Part shown: piece by piece, positions 35,498-46,827 of the stretch
Layout: every line of letters starts with the position of its first letter
Position numbering within the stretch: position 1 is the first letter of the stretch
Origin: Bacilli bacterium
GTDB taxonomy: Bacteria; Bacillota_I; Bacilli_A; RF39; UBA660
Direction of reading: 5' to 3'
DNA length: 64,000 bases
Assembly (NCBI GenBank): GCA_051886215.1
Contig: JBJEXX010000016.1
Location: 4,877-68,876 of the forward strand
Made by a program: the position numbers and the translations under genes
The notes under the pieces: generated by a model
What the model was told of the DNA's origin: nothing
Database searches by the model: none
Seen by the model: the letters and a program-made list of their open reading frames with translations, nothing else

Positions 35498-37648
35498 ATG
35501 AAAAAAATTAAAGAGATTGTTTCTACAGAAGCCAAAATATTAGAACAAAAAAAAGATGAAATATATAATATAGAAAGATGTAAAATATTTGGATTTATGA
35601 GACCTAGACTGTTCTTTGATGGTAACTTTTCTAATGATATAAATATTAAAATTTATACTAAGGGAAAAGTTTTATTTGATAAAGATTATAGTTATAAAAC
35701 AAAAAAAGTAGCTATTATTCAAAATTTATCTTTATTCAGTTCTAAAATTTATATAGATATTTTAAATAAAAAGAAAAAAGCAATTATTATAAGATATGTT
35801 ATTAATAATTCTGTTTTTGTTAAATTTATTAACAAAGTACATACAATACTTAAATTAATTTATAAAGCGTTAAGAGTTTTATGGAAAAAACATCATTTTA
35901 TGGTTCCTCCTAAAATGTGGGGATTTTATTTTAGAAAATTAAAAGAAAAAATACAGTTTGAGGAATCTAGTATAGTTTTTTTGGATCCTTTTGTTTCAAA
36001 TGAATATAATGAATGGTTATTAAAACATGAAGTAATTGATGAAGTAAGAAAGCAAAAATATAATCCGTTAATATCAATTGTAGTACCAGTTTATAATGTT
36101 CCTATTAAGTATTTAGAAGAATGTATTGATTCTGTTTTAAATCAAAATTATTCAAATTGGGAATTGTGTTTAGTTGATGATTGTTCTACTAATGAAGATA
36201 TAAAACCAACTTTAGAAAAATATGAAAAAATGGATAAAAGAATTAAAGTTCATTATAGAAAAGAAAATGGAAGAATAGCTGAGGCAACTAATACTGGTTT
36301 TAAAATGGCTAAAGGTGAATTTATTGGTTTGTTAGATAATGATGATGTTTTAACTGTTGATGCTTTATACGAAGTAGTAAAAGTTCTAAATAGTAATAGA
36401 AAAGTTGATTTTATTTATTCTGATGAAGATAAATTAAATTTAAAATATGAGAGATGTGAACCATATTTTAAAAGTGATTGGTCACCTGATACATTTATGA
36501 GTAATAATTATTTATGTCATTTTTCTGTGTTTAGAAAATCATTACTTGATAAAGTTGGTGGTGAAAGAAGCGAATATGATGGAGCACAAGATTTTGATTT
36601 ATTTTTGAGATTAACAGAAGAAGCTAAAGAAATTTGCCATATAAGTAAAATCTTATATCATTGGAGAATTATTCCAGGGTCAACTTCTGATTGTATTAGT
36701 GCAAAAAGTTATGCTGTAGAAGCAGGAAGAAAAGCAGTAGAATCTGCATTAAAAAGAAGAAAAATTATAGGTACTGTTGACAGTAATGGGGATGGAACAT
36801 ACATAGTAAATTATAAGATTAAAAATCCTTTAGTATCTATTATAATTCCAACTAAAGATTATGCTGATACATTAGAGATTTGTTTAAATTCTATTTATAA
36901 AAAAAGTACATATAAGAATTTCGAAATTATTGTTGTTGATAATAATAGCAAAGAACAAAAAACATTTGATTTGTTTGAAAAATATAAAAATGAACATAAC
37001 AATTTTAAAGTAATAAGATTAGAATGTGATTTTAACTATTCTTATTTAAATAATGAAGCAGTGAAAGTTTCTAAAGGAGATTATATTTTATTATTAAATA
37101 ATGATACTGAGATTATAACAGAGGATTGGCTTGAAAAAATGATTGGTTATGCACAACTGGATCATGTTGGTACAGTTGGAGTTAAATTATATTATCCAGA
37201 TAACACTATTCAACATGGTGGTACTGTTTTAGGAATTAATGGGGTTGCTTCACATGCTTATGTAGGTTATTCAAGAGATTTTGGTGGCTATTTTGGAAAG
37301 TTAAAAGCTCCTTGTAATTATGCTGCTAATACAGCGGCTTGTTTAATGATTTCTAAGAAAAAATTTACTGAGGTTAATGGCTTAGATGAAAAATTAAAAG
37401 TAAATTATAATGATGTTGACTTTAATATTAAATTATTGGATAAAGGATATTATAATGTATTTTTACCTAATGTGGAATTATATCATTTTGAGTCAAAATC
37501 TAGAGGTTTAGATATTGATAAGAAAAAATATAATCAAACTTTAGAAGAAATAAAATATATTCAAAACAAATGGGATAAATTTTTAAAAAACGATCCATTT
37601 TATAATAAAAATTATAGTAGAAATTCAGTTTATAAACTAGAAAAATAG
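35498..37648 (+). CDS. Bifunctional glycosyltransferase with two GT2 domains
   Basis: ISIVVPVYNVP...NWELCLVDDCST... and VSIIIPTKDYA...FEIIVVDNNS... are each a GT2 N-terminal signature. The ATG at 35498 lies 1 nt after the upstream stop. Confidence 0.7.
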   Translation: MKKIKEIVSTEAKILEQKKDEIYNIERCKIFGFMRPRLFFDGNFSNDINIKIYTKGKVLFDKDYSYKTKKVAIIQNLSLFSSKIYIDILNKKKKAIIIRYVINNSVFVKFINKVHTILKLIYKALRVLWKKHHFMVPPKMWGFYFRKLKEKIQFEESSIVFLDPFVSNEYNEWLLKHEVIDEVRKQKYNPLISIVVPVYNVPIKYLEECIDSVLNQNYSNWELCLVDDCSTNEDIKPTLEKYEKMDKRIKVHYRKENGRIAEATNTGFKMAKGEFIGLLDNDDVLTVDALYEVVKVLNSNRKVDFIYSDEDKLNLKYERCEPYFKSDWSPDTFMSNNYLCHFSVFRKSLLDKVGGERSEYDGAQDFDLFLRLTEEAKEICHISKILYHWRIIPGSTSDCISAKSYAVEAGRKAVESALKRRKIIGTVDSNGDGTYIVNYKIKNPLVSIIIPTKDYADTLEICLNSIYKKSTYKNFEIIVVDNNSKEQKTFDLFEKYKNEHNNFKVIRLECDFNYSYLNNEAVKVSKGDYILLLNNDTEIITEDWLEKMIGYAQLDHVGTVGVKLYYPDNTIQHGGTVLGINGVASHAYVGYSRDFGGYFGKLKAPCNYAANTAACLMISKKKFTEVNGLDEKLKVNYNDVDFNIKLLDKGYYNVFLPNVELYHFESKSRGLDIDKKKYNQTLEEIKYIQNKWDKFLKNDPFYNKNYSRNSVYKLEK

Positions 37649-37656
37649 GTGGTAAT

Positions 37657-39768
37657 ATGAAAAAGGTAAATATATATAATAATTGTAAAAAACTTGATAT
37701 AAATAATCCTTTAAAAGTATCTGTTATTATACCTAACTATAATTATGAAAATTTTATAATTGAAAGAATTGATTCAATTTTACTTCAGACATATCCTATT
37801 TATGAATTAATAATTTTAGATGATAAATCTACTGATAATAGTGTAAAAGTTATAGAAGAAAAGATTAAAACAATTAAAGATATTAAAGTAAAATTTATTA
37901 AGAACGATGTAAATAGTGGAATGGTCTTTTCTCAATGGCAAAAAGGGTTAAAAAATATTACTGGAGATTATTTTTGGATAGCAGAAGCTGATGATTCCTG
38001 TGATAATAAGTTTTTAGAAAAATTAATAAAACCGTTTGTTGAAAATGAGGATTTGGTATTATCTTATTCCGAATCAATGAAAATCAATGAAAATAATGAA
38101 ATAATAGGAAACGATTGCAGAGACTGGGCTGATATTTTCAAAACTGGAAAATGGAACGATTCATATATTTGTTCTGGGAAAGAAGAAATCTTAAATTCAC
38201 TTAGTTATAATAATTCTATTTTAAATGTTTCTAGTATTGTATGGAAATATAATAAGAAACTATTTGATATATTTGAAGAGGCAAAAGAATATAAAGTTGC
38301 GGGAGATTGGTATATATATGTTAAAGTTTTAAAAAATGGTGGTATTGCTTATAATAGTGAATCATTAAACTATTTTAGAAAACATTCGAAATCTGTTTCA
38401 ACTATAATAAAGAAAAATATAGAGTATAAGGAAGTGCTAATGATTCAAGATTATATAAAGAATAATTATAATTTGAGTAAAGATATTTTAGAAAAACAAA
38501 TATTAAGGAGAAAACTAATGGGATTTTGTGAGAATAAAAAAAATGTCAATAAAAAGGGAAACGTAGCATGGGTTATTCCTGGTTTATTAAAAGGATCTGG
38601 TGGTCATAGGACAATTATTCAAAATATAAATGCTCTAATAAAGGATGGATATCAATGTGATATTTATGTAGAGGATTATGAAAATCTATATCCTATTGAA
38701 TTAGCCAAAAAAATTAATGAATTTTATGGAAATTGTGATGCTGATGTTTATAGTGGATGGCAACTAACAAAAAAATATGATGTCTGTGTAGCAACAGCTT
38801 TTAATACAGTGGAAACAGTGATGAAAGCTGATTGTGATAAAAGAGTATATTTTGTACAAGATTATGAACCTTATTTTTTCTCAATGGGAGATTATTATAT
38901 ACAAGCTGAAAACTCTTATAAAAATGATATTAATGTTATTACAATAGGAAAATGGTTAAGCGCTAAGATGAGTAATGAGTATAATTTAAAATCAAATTAT
39001 TTTAATTTTTGTGCAGATTTAAATATATATAAACAAATAAAAAGCATAACAAAAGAAAATGCAATTTGCTATATTTTTCAACCAAATAAACCGAGAAGAT
39101 GCGACTCTATTGGATTAAAAGCGTTACAAATAGTAAAAAAAATTAAACCTGATATAAAAATATATTTATATGGATCTGAAAAATGTGACGTAAATAATTT
39201 AGAAGTAGAGCATTTAGGTATTATTCCTATAGAAAAATGTAATGAACTATATAATAAATGTAAAGTAGGGTTATGTTTAAGTGCTTCTAATCCATCAAGA
39301 ATTCCATTTGAAATGATGGCGGCTGGATTACCAGTTGTTGAAATGTATAGGGAGAATAATCTTTATGATTTTCCAAATGATGGTTGTTTGCTTGCGGATT
39401 CTAAACCAGAAGCAATTGCGGCTGCAATAATAAAAATATTAGATGATACTAAATTGCAAAAACAATTATCTAAAAATGGAATAAAATTTATGAAAGATTA
39501 TCCTTTGGAAAAAGGATATGAACAATTTTTAGAAAATTTTAATGAAATAGTTTTTAATAAAAAAATAAAAGTATCTAAAATTGAAAAAGCATATACAAAA
39601 GATATAGAATTAAGTACAAAAGAAACAGAGATTATATCCAAAAATATAAATAGCGTAGTAACTTTTACGAAGCCAAAAGAAGTTTTGTTAAAACAATCTA
39701 TTATAAGAAAAATTTTCAGAAAACTAAGAAGATTTTTAAGAAAAATCAAAAGAAAAATATTTAAATGA
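37657..39768 (+). CDS. Bifunctional glycosyltransferase (N-terminal GT2, C-terminal GT4/GT1-like)
   Basis: VSVIIPNYNYENF...LIILDDKSTDNS (GT2); C-terminal ...RIPFEMMAAGLPVVEMYRENN... (GT4 nucleotide-sugar-binding region). Confidence 0.65.
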   Translation: MKKVNIYNNCKKLDINNPLKVSVIIPNYNYENFIIERIDSILLQTYPIYELIILDDKSTDNSVKVIEEKIKTIKDIKVKFIKNDVNSGMVFSQWQKGLKNITGDYFWIAEADDSCDNKFLEKLIKPFVENEDLVLSYSESMKINENNEIIGNDCRDWADIFKTGKWNDSYICSGKEEILNSLSYNNSILNVSSIVWKYNKKLFDIFEEAKEYKVAGDWYIYVKVLKNGGIAYNSESLNYFRKHSKSVSTIIKKNIEYKEVLMIQDYIKNNYNLSKDILEKQILRRKLMGFCENKKNVNKKGNVAWVIPGLLKGSGGHRTIIQNINALIKDGYQCDIYVEDYENLYPIELAKKINEFYGNCDADVYSGWQLTKKYDVCVATAFNTVETVMKADCDKRVYFVQDYEPYFFSMGDYYIQAENSYKNDINVITIGKWLSAKMSNEYNLKSNYFNFCADLNIYKQIKSITKENAICYIFQPNKPRRCDSIGLKALQIVKKIKPDIKIYLYGSEKCDVNNLEVEHLGIIPIEKCNELYNKCKVGLCLSASNPSRIPFEMMAAGLPVVEMYRENNLYDFPNDGCLLADSKPEAIAAAIIKILDDTKLQKQLSKNGIKFMKDYPLEKGYEQFLENFNEIVFNKKIKVSKIEKAYTKDIELSTKETEIISKNINSVVTFTKPKEVLLKQSIIRKIFRKLRRFLRKIKRKIFK

Positions 39769-41867
39769 GGTATATTATGAAAAAATATATAAATAAAAAA
39801 AATATTATACTAATATTATTATTTTTCGTTTCTTTTATCTTGCTTTTATGTAGTGTGTTATTTCATTTTAGTGTACCATCTGAAGTTCCATATAATGATA
39901 GCGATGCAGTAGAGTTTTCTGTTGAAGAAAATACTATTATTACTCAGTATTATAAATCTAATGTTGATAATTTAGAATCAATAAAACTTCATTATAATAA
40001 AATAGATGTTGAAAATAATAAAGTGTTTATAAGTATTTATGATTATAATGATAATTTAATATATTATAATGATATAAATAATGGTCAAAAATTTGATGGA
40101 ATGTATTTGAATTTAAAATTTGACAAAGTTAAGAATAGTTTAAATAAGAAATTTAAACTTAAAATTAATATTGAGAATATAAACAATGATGAACTTATAC
40201 TTTATAGATTAAACAAGAAAGTAGATAATATTAGTTTGAACATAAATAATAGAGAAGAAACAGGTTTGATTACTTTTACAGAATATGGATATAGTGTTAC
40301 AAGTTTTTATAAATTAGTTTTTTTGTCATTAATGGTAATTATTGTTTTTATATTTATAAGAATTAACTTTTTTAATAATAAAAATTTCAAAAATAAATTA
40401 TTAAAAAATAATTTATTATTTATAATGGAAACTATTACTACAATATGTACTTACATTTCTTTAATAAGTATTTTATATTCTTCTAGGTATTATGGCAGTA
40501 TTCCTATTTTGTCTTTTTTAATACTATGTCTATTTGGATTTGTGTTAATATCAATTTTTGCTCTATTTTTAGGAGAAAAAAGTTTGAAGCCTGAACAAAT
40601 ATTTTTGCTTATAGGTATTCCAATAGGATTAATTTATTTGATTTTAATTCCTTTATTGAATGCTCCTGATGAATTATACCATTACAAAATATCATATGCT
40701 TTGGCTACAGGACAAACTTTTCATAATGAAATACTTATTCCAAAAATTGTAAATAATAGTTTTAATTATAGGAATGTGCATGATTTTTTATTTAATGCTA
40801 CTAATGAATTTATTATGGAAAAAAGGGGAATGTATAATCCTCTGTTATACTTGTTTTCTGCAACAGGTATATTATTGGGAAATATATTCAAATTATCACC
40901 AATTATAGGAGGATATTTCGGTTCTTTTTGTAACTTGTTATTATTTTATATAATTGGTTATTATATAATAAAAAAGATTCCTTTAGGAAAAATAGTGATG
41001 ATAGTATATTTATTAAATCCTATGTTTTTGCAACAAGCTGCTTCTTTTTCTGCTGATGCTGCAATTAATATATTTAGTATGCTTTTTATATCTTATGTAT
41101 TATATTTAAAATTTGAAAAGGAAAATATAGATCATAAAGACTTTTCAATCTTATCAGTATCTTATTTATTTGTTTTAATAGGTAAATATGCTTATTTTCC
41201 ATTAATAATTTTACTTTTATTTATTAAAGACAAATTAATTAATTATATTAAAAATAACAAGAAAACAGTTGTTTTATTTATTATTCTGATATTAGCAATA
41301 TTTGGAGGCTGGTTTATATATAATAAAGTTAATAGTAGCTCTGAAATTATAAATAATACTATAAATTCAATTCCTGTCAATGAAGAAACAAAGTTACATT
41401 TTTTGATTAATAATCCATTTAATTATATAAAAATTTTATTTAATACAATTACAGTTAAATCAGAATTTTATTTATTTTCTTTTTTAGGATATAGATTGGG
41501 CGCTTTAAATGTAACTATAAATACATTATATATAGTTATATATTTTATTATATTATTATTATCAATATTCTTAGAAAAAAATAAATATGAATTAAGCAAA
41601 ACAAATAAAATTATTACTATTGTTGTATTTGCAATTATATTTAATATTATTTTATTGGGACTATATTTAGGATGGGGGATTATTACTGATACAATTATTG
41701 AAGGTGTTCAAGGTAGATATTTTATTCCTATTAATATTTTACTTTTATTAATATTTGCTAGTAAAAAGAATAATATAAAGATGAATAATCCTTATATGTT
41801 AGTTTCTTTATCTTTGTTGTTATGTCATTTATTAATATCAACAAATATAATTAACTTTTTTATTTAA
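39765..41867 (+). CDS. Polytopic membrane protein, putative GT-C-type glycosyltransferase or polymer-modifying enzyme
   Basis: 700 aa with more than 12 hydrophobic segments and an extracytoplasmic N-terminal domain. The ATG at 39777 is an alternative start (GAGG 6 nt upstream). Confidence 0.4.
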   Translation: MRYIMKKYINKKNIILILLFFVSFILLLCSVLFHFSVPSEVPYNDSDAVEFSVEENTIITQYYKSNVDNLESIKLHYNKIDVENNKVFISIYDYNDNLIYYNDINNGQKFDGMYLNLKFDKVKNSLNKKFKLKINIENINNDELILYRLNKKVDNISLNINNREETGLITFTEYGYSVTSFYKLVFLSLMVIIVFIFIRINFFNNKNFKNKLLKNNLLFIMETITTICTYISLISILYSSRYYGSIPILSFLILCLFGFVLISIFALFLGEKSLKPEQIFLLIGIPIGLIYLILIPLLNAPDELYHYKISYALATGQTFHNEILIPKIVNNSFNYRNVHDFLFNATNEFIMEKRGMYNPLLYLFSATGILLGNIFKLSPIIGGYFGSFCNLLLFYIIGYYIIKKIPLGKIVMIVYLLNPMFLQQAASFSADAAINIFSMLFISYVLYLKFEKENIDHKDFSILSVSYLFVLIGKYAYFPLIILLLFIKDKLINYIKNNKKTVVLFIILILAIFGGWFIYNKVNSSSEIINNTINSIPVNEETKLHFLINNPFNYIKILFNTITVKSEFYLFSFLGYRLGALNVTINTLYIVIYFIILLLSIFLEKNKYELSKTNKIITIVVFAIIFNIILLGLYLGWGIITDTIIEGVQGRYFIPINILLLLIFASKKNNIKMNNPYMLVSLSLLLCHLLISTNIINFFI

Positions 41868-41958
41868 TAAAATTAGTATTATAACAAATACTAATTTTTT
41901 CATGTTTGTAAAATTTTGATATATATATTATAATTATATAAGAAGGATTGATGTAAAA

Positions 41959-42681
41959 ATGAAAAAAGTAAAAGTATTATTGATAATACCAGCATATAAC
42001 GAGGAAAAAAATATAATTAATACATGTAAAGAAATAAAAAACTATAATAAGAAAACTCAGTTTAAAGTTGATTTTATTGTAATAAATGATGGTTCAACGG
42101 ACAATACTTTAGATGTATTAAAGAAAAATAAACTACCATATATTAGTTTGATTGAAAATTTGGGTATTGGAGGAGCTGTTCAAACTGGTTATAAATATGC
42201 TCTAGAAAATGACTATGATATTGCAATACAATTTGATGGCGATGGACAGCATGATGTTAATTATATCGAAAACTTATTAATACCTATATTAAATAAAGAA
42301 GCAGATATGGTTATTGGTTCAAGATTCATGAAAGAGAAAGAAAGTAGTTTTAAACCAGATTTTAAGCATATGTTAGGAATTAATATTATATCAGAAACTA
42401 TCAAAATTAAGACTAAGATGAAGATTTATGATACTACAAGTGGATTTAGAGCGGTAGATAAACAGATTATAAAAAGATTTGCCAAAAACTATCCACAAGA
42501 ATATCCTGAACCAATATCAACTGTAGACGTAATTAAACATGGATATAAAATAAAAGAAGTTGGTGTTTCAATGAACGAAAGGCAAGAAGGAAAGAGTTCT
42601 ATTCATTCGTGGAAACAAATTTATTACATGTTTAATGTTGTCTTATCAATATTAATGATGGGAGGTAATTATGATGAATAA
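41959..42681 (+). CDS. GtrB-like polyprenyl-phosphate sugar transferase (GT2)
   Basis: LIIPAYNEEKNI...FIVINDGSTDNT...DGDGQHD...SGFRA pattern of dolichol-P-mannose-synthase/GtrB-type GT2 enzymes. Confidence 0.7.
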   Translation: MKKVKVLLIIPAYNEEKNIINTCKEIKNYNKKTQFKVDFIVINDGSTDNTLDVLKKNKLPYISLIENLGIGGAVQTGYKYALENDYDIAIQFDGDGQHDVNYIENLLIPILNKEADMVIGSRFMKEKESSFKPDFKHMLGINIISETIKIKTKMKIYDTTSGFRAVDKQIIKRFAKNYPQEYPEPISTVDVIKHGYKIKEVGVSMNERQEGKSSIHSWKQIYYMFNVVLSILMMGGNYDE

Positions 42682-43006
42682 TACATTGAGGATTATATTA
42701 TCTGTTTTTTGTTTTATATGGATAGTATGTCTTCTTCATTTGATAAGAAAAAATAAGCTTCCTATAAAATATTCCTTAATTTGGTTTTTTCCAATTATTA
42801 TAATTTTACTATTAATCATATTTCCAAAAGTAATTGTTTTCTTTTCTAAAATATTAGGAATTGTATCTAGTAATAATATGATTATAGGAATTATTTTAAC
42901 TTTATTATTATTAATAACTTTGTTATTAACCTTAATTATTGCAAATCTTAAAAGAAAAATAAATTTACTTATTCAAGAAGTATCAATTTTAAAGGATAAA
43001 AAATGA
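42671..43006 (+). CDS. Small three/four-TM protein (DUF2304/GtrA-like partner of GtrB-type GT2)
   Basis: 111 aa and all hydrophobic. Overlaps the GT2 gene by 11 nt, a typical pairing. Confidence 0.45.
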   Translation: MMNNTLRIILSVFCFIWIVCLLHLIRKNKLPIKYSLIWFFPIIIILLLIIFPKVIVFFSKILGIVSSNNMIIGIILTLLLLITLLLTLIIANLKRKINLLIQEVSILKDKK

Positions 43007-44124
43007 AAACAATAGCAATATTTTCTGCTTATATATTACCACATTTAGGTGGAATTGAAAGGTATATAGATAATTTAAGCAAGCAGTTGGTGAAAAAAAG
43101 TATAAATACCATCATTGTAACTACAAATTATAATGACGAGAGTGATTTTGAGGAAAGAGACAATATAAAAATTTTTAGAATACCTATTTTTAATAGTTTT
43201 AAAAATAGATATCCAATACCTAAGTACAATAAAGAACAAAGAGATATTATTTCAAAATTAAATGCTTACCAAATAGATGCTATTATAGTTAACACGAGAT
43301 TTCATTTGACATCTCATATTGGTGCGGATTATGGTAAAAAGAATAATATACCTGTATATTTGATTGAACATGGTTCTAATTATGTTACTTTAGACAATAA
43401 GTTTATAGACTTTTTTGCAAATAGGTATGAGGATTTTCTTACTTGGAAAATAAAAAGAAAAATAAAAGGTTTTTATGGAGTTTCGAAAGCATGTAGTGTT
43501 TGGTTAAAACATTTTAATATTAATAGTAGTGGTATATGGTATAATTCTATAGATTGTAGTCAAAGTGTTCCTTCTAGAAAATTTCATAAAAAAATAAATT
43601 TTTTATATGCTGGTAGATTGATAAAACAAAAAGGGGTTAAAAATATTTTAGATGCTTTTACTAATTTAGAGAAAAAATACAGTAATATTCACTTATATAT
43701 TGCGGGTGATGGTCCAGAATTAGAGGATTATAAATCAATCTATAATAGTGCAAATATTGAGTTTTTAGGTAAATTAGATTATCAACACTTACTTAAATAT
43801 TATGCAAAGACAGATGTTTTTTTATATCCACCATTATGGCCAGAGGGACTACCAACATCAATTCTTGAAGCTGGATTAATGAAATGTATGGTTATTGGCA
43901 CATCTCAGGGGGGAATTAAAGAGATTATTAGTAATAACAAAAATGGAATTATAGTAAAAGAAAACTCAAAAGATTTATATAGAGCTATGGAGAAAACATT
44001 AAATAATCCGTTATTAATGAAAAAATATTCTAAACAATTGAATTTAACCATAAAGACAAAATTTAATTGGGAAACGACAACAGAAAAAATAATTAAAGAT
44101 ATGGGTATTAATACAAAGGTATGA
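43003..44124 (+). CDS. Family-4 (GT1-fold) glycosyltransferase
   Basis: C-terminal E(x7)E region: PPLWPEGLPTSILEAGLMKCMVIGTSQGGIKEII. Confidence 0.7.
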   Translation: MKTIAIFSAYILPHLGGIERYIDNLSKQLVKKSINTIIVTTNYNDESDFEERDNIKIFRIPIFNSFKNRYPIPKYNKEQRDIISKLNAYQIDAIIVNTRFHLTSHIGADYGKKNNIPVYLIEHGSNYVTLDNKFIDFFANRYEDFLTWKIKRKIKGFYGVSKACSVWLKHFNINSSGIWYNSIDCSQSVPSRKFHKKINFLYAGRLIKQKGVKNILDAFTNLEKKYSNIHLYIAGDGPELEDYKSIYNSANIEFLGKLDYQHLLKYYAKTDVFLYPPLWPEGLPTSILEAGLMKCMVIGTSQGGIKEIISNNKNGIIVKENSKDLYRAMEKTLNNPLLMKKYSKQLNLTIKTKFNWETTTEKIIKDMGINTKV

Positions 44125-44137
44125 AGTAGGTGATAAT

Positions 44138-45655
44138 TTGAGAGTAAAAAAATCATTTTTTAATGCTATTTCAAATTCATTAATATTAATAATAAGATCA
44201 ATTCTTTTATTTTTAGTTAGAATTGTATTTGTTAGAACACTAGGAAAGGTGTATTTGGGAGTAGATAGTTTATTTACTAATATTTTATTGGTACTTTCAA
44301 TTACTGATTCTGGAATTAGTACTGCTATTAATTTCAGTTTATATAAACCTTTGGCGGAACATGATAATCAAAAAATAAGTTTTTTAATGACTTTTTATAA
44401 AAAAATGTATAGAAATTTAGGAATAATTGTATTAGTTATTGGATTAGCATTTATTCCATTATTAAAGTTTGTTATAACAGAAAATATAGAATATATATAT
44501 ATATATTATTTGATTTATTTATTAACAACAGTTATGAGTTATTTTATTTCTTACAAAGATTCATTATTAATTGCAGATCAAAATTTGTATAAATCAAGTG
44601 CTATTGTTGGTACAACCTATATTATAATGTATTTGTTAAGAATAGTTTTTTTAATTATATTGCCAAATTTTTTAATATTTACATTAATACAATTAATTAT
44701 GATGTTTGTTCAAAGAATTTTAGTAAACAAGTATATAACAAATAAATATAAAAATATAGATTTTAATGAAAAAAAAGGAATATCTAAACAAGAACAGCGG
44801 ACAATCTTTAAAAATGTTAAATCTATGTTTTTAAATAAATTAGGATATTTTTTGGTGAATGGTACAGATAATATTATTATTTCAGCTATACCATCTTTAG
44901 GTTTGGGAACAGTTGCTGTTTATACTAATTATTATTCAATAATTAGTATGGTTGATAGTATTATAAGTAGGGGATTATCAGGAATAACTTCAAGTTTTGG
45001 TGATTTGGCGGTAAACGAATCCAAAAAAGTTCAAGAAGATGTGTTTAATATTATATCTTTTATATCTTTTTGTATATATGGTTTATTCAGTGTAGGCTTC
45101 TTGTTTTTAATAACTGATTTTATAAAAATATGTTTTGGAAATTCTTATAAATTAGAAAAACCTTTAACTGTTATCATTTGTATAAATTTTTATATTATAG
45201 GTATATTAAAAACTTTGGACATAATTAAGGAAGCAACAGGTAATTATATACAAGATAGATATGCTAATTTAATACAAGCTATTATCAATATAATATTATC
45301 AATTGTTTTAGGAAAAAAGATTGGCTTACTAGGAATTGTTATTGCAACATTAATAAGCTATATTGCAGTACCATTATGGAATAAGCCATATATAGCATTT
45401 AAATATATATTTCAAAAGCAACCCTTTAAATATTTGGTTAAACAATTAAAATATATTCTATCTTTAATAATTATAGGTTTTATTTGTTGTTTTGTAATAA
45501 GGGGTATAGATATTAATAACATATTTTTAGAATTTATTTTAAAAATAATAATTATAACTATAATATATATATTATGTATAAGTTTAATTTATTGGAAAAC
45601 AGACGAATATAAATATTTAGTTAATACTATAAAAAAAATAGTAAAAAAGAATTAG
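44138..45655 (+). CDS. Wzx-like polysaccharide flippase (MOP superfamily)
   Basis: 505 aa with about 14 TM segments. TTG start with AGGTGA RBS. Confidence 0.6.
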   Translation: MRVKKSFFNAISNSLILIIRSILLFLVRIVFVRTLGKVYLGVDSLFTNILLVLSITDSGISTAINFSLYKPLAEHDNQKISFLMTFYKKMYRNLGIIVLVIGLAFIPLLKFVITENIEYIYIYYLIYLLTTVMSYFISYKDSLLIADQNLYKSSAIVGTTYIIMYLLRIVFLIILPNFLIFTLIQLIMMFVQRILVNKYITNKYKNIDFNEKKGISKQEQRTIFKNVKSMFLNKLGYFLVNGTDNIIISAIPSLGLGTVAVYTNYYSIISMVDSIISRGLSGITSSFGDLAVNESKKVQEDVFNIISFISFCIYGLFSVGFLFLITDFIKICFGNSYKLEKPLTVIICINFYIIGILKTLDIIKEATGNYIQDRYANLIQAIINIILSIVLGKKIGLLGIVIATLISYIAVPLWNKPYIAFKYIFQKQPFKYLVKQLKYILSLIIIGFICCFVIRGIDINNIFLEFILKIIIITIIYILCISLIYWKTDEYKYLVNTIKKIVKKN

Positions 45656-45954
45656 TTTACTATTTTTTTCTTTAAATCATAAATTTTTCTATTTAATATA
45701 GAAAAAGGATTTATATATAAAAATATAACATTTTTTGAAATTTTTTTTAGTTTTTTAACACTTTTGATAATTGTTTACAAATTGTATTTAAATCATTAAT
45801 AATTTTGATTTCAGCTTTTTTATCTGTTTTTATATTTTTATTAAATCTATATCTTAATTTTTGAACTTTTTCAAATAAGTACAATAAAATATATGTTTTA
45901 TTTATTATTTGTGCTAAAATAAATTTATAAGTAAATAAAGGATTGAGTGATTTT

Positions 45955-46827
45955 ATGGCTGATTTTAGAAAATATGAAACAAAAGAATTAAAACAACTTC
46001 ATAAAGTTGAAATAGAAATGTTAAAAGATATAAATAAGATATGTAAAAAATATAAAATAAGCTATTTTGCGTTAGATGGCACTGGTATTGGGGCTTTAAG
46101 ACATAAAGGATTTATTCCATGGGATGATGATATTGATTTAAGATTTATAAGAGAAGATGCTTACAAATTTAGAGAATGTGTTGAAAAAGAAATGGGAGAT
46201 AAATACTATTTTATTGATAGGAATAATTCCAAACTTCCAATTACGTTCATGAAAATGTGTAAAAAAAATACAATATTTCAAGATGATGATGCTTATTTAC
46301 TAAATGAAGAGGTAGGTATATTTGTAGATATTTTTCCAATGGATTATGTATCTGATGATAAAAAGACCAGGGAAAAACAATTAGGAAAATCTTGGTATTT
46401 ATTTAAACTTGGAACACTTGCTTGTATAAAATCTCCTGTAATAGCTTGTCATGGATTAAAAGAAAAATTTTATTTATTTATTTGTACAATTATGCATTAT
46501 TTATTAAATATTTTAGGTTTAACGGGTAATAGATTATTTAATAAAGGGGAAAAAATTGTAGATAGAAATAAAAAGACAAATACAATTGCTTCTTTAAATA
46601 CAGTTAAAAAGAATACAAGTATTTTTGATATCAATGATATATTTCCTGTGAGAAAAGTACCTTTTGAAGATACTTATGTATATGTTCCTAAAAATGCTGA
46701 AAAATTATTGAATGAATACTTTGGAGATTTTATGAAATTGCCTCCAGAAAGAGATAGGCATAATCACTTTCCAAGGAAACTAATATTTGATACAAGAAAG
46801 GTGGATATAAATGAAAAAAATGATTAA
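45955..46827 (+). CDS. licD: LicD-family phosphotransferase (paralog 1)
   Basis: KISYFALDGTGIGALRHKGFIPWDDDIDL and GIFVDIFPMD are LicD/nucleotidyltransferase-fold motifs. Confidence 0.65.
   Translation: MADFRKYETKELKQLHKVEIEMLKDINKICKKYKISYFALDGTGIGALRHKGFIPWDDDIDLRFIREDAYKFRECVEKEMGDKYYFIDRNNSKLPITFMKMCKKNTIFQDDDAYLLNEEVGIFVDIFPMDYVSDDKKTREKQLGKSWYLFKLGTLACIKSPVIACHGLKEKFYLFICTIMHYLLNILGLTGNRLFNKGEKIVDRNKKTNTIASLNTVKKNTSIFDINDIFPVRKVPFEDTYVYVPKNAEKLLNEYFGDFMKLPPERDRHNHFPRKLIFDTRKVDINEKND

Noticed and set aside
45656-45954. 300-bp AT-rich spacer inside the glycopolymer locus as a possible small RNA or minus-strand gene
   Set aside because: Neither strand has a usable ORF. There is no obvious stable secondary structure or terminator. 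It is most simply an internal promoter region for the licD sub-operon.
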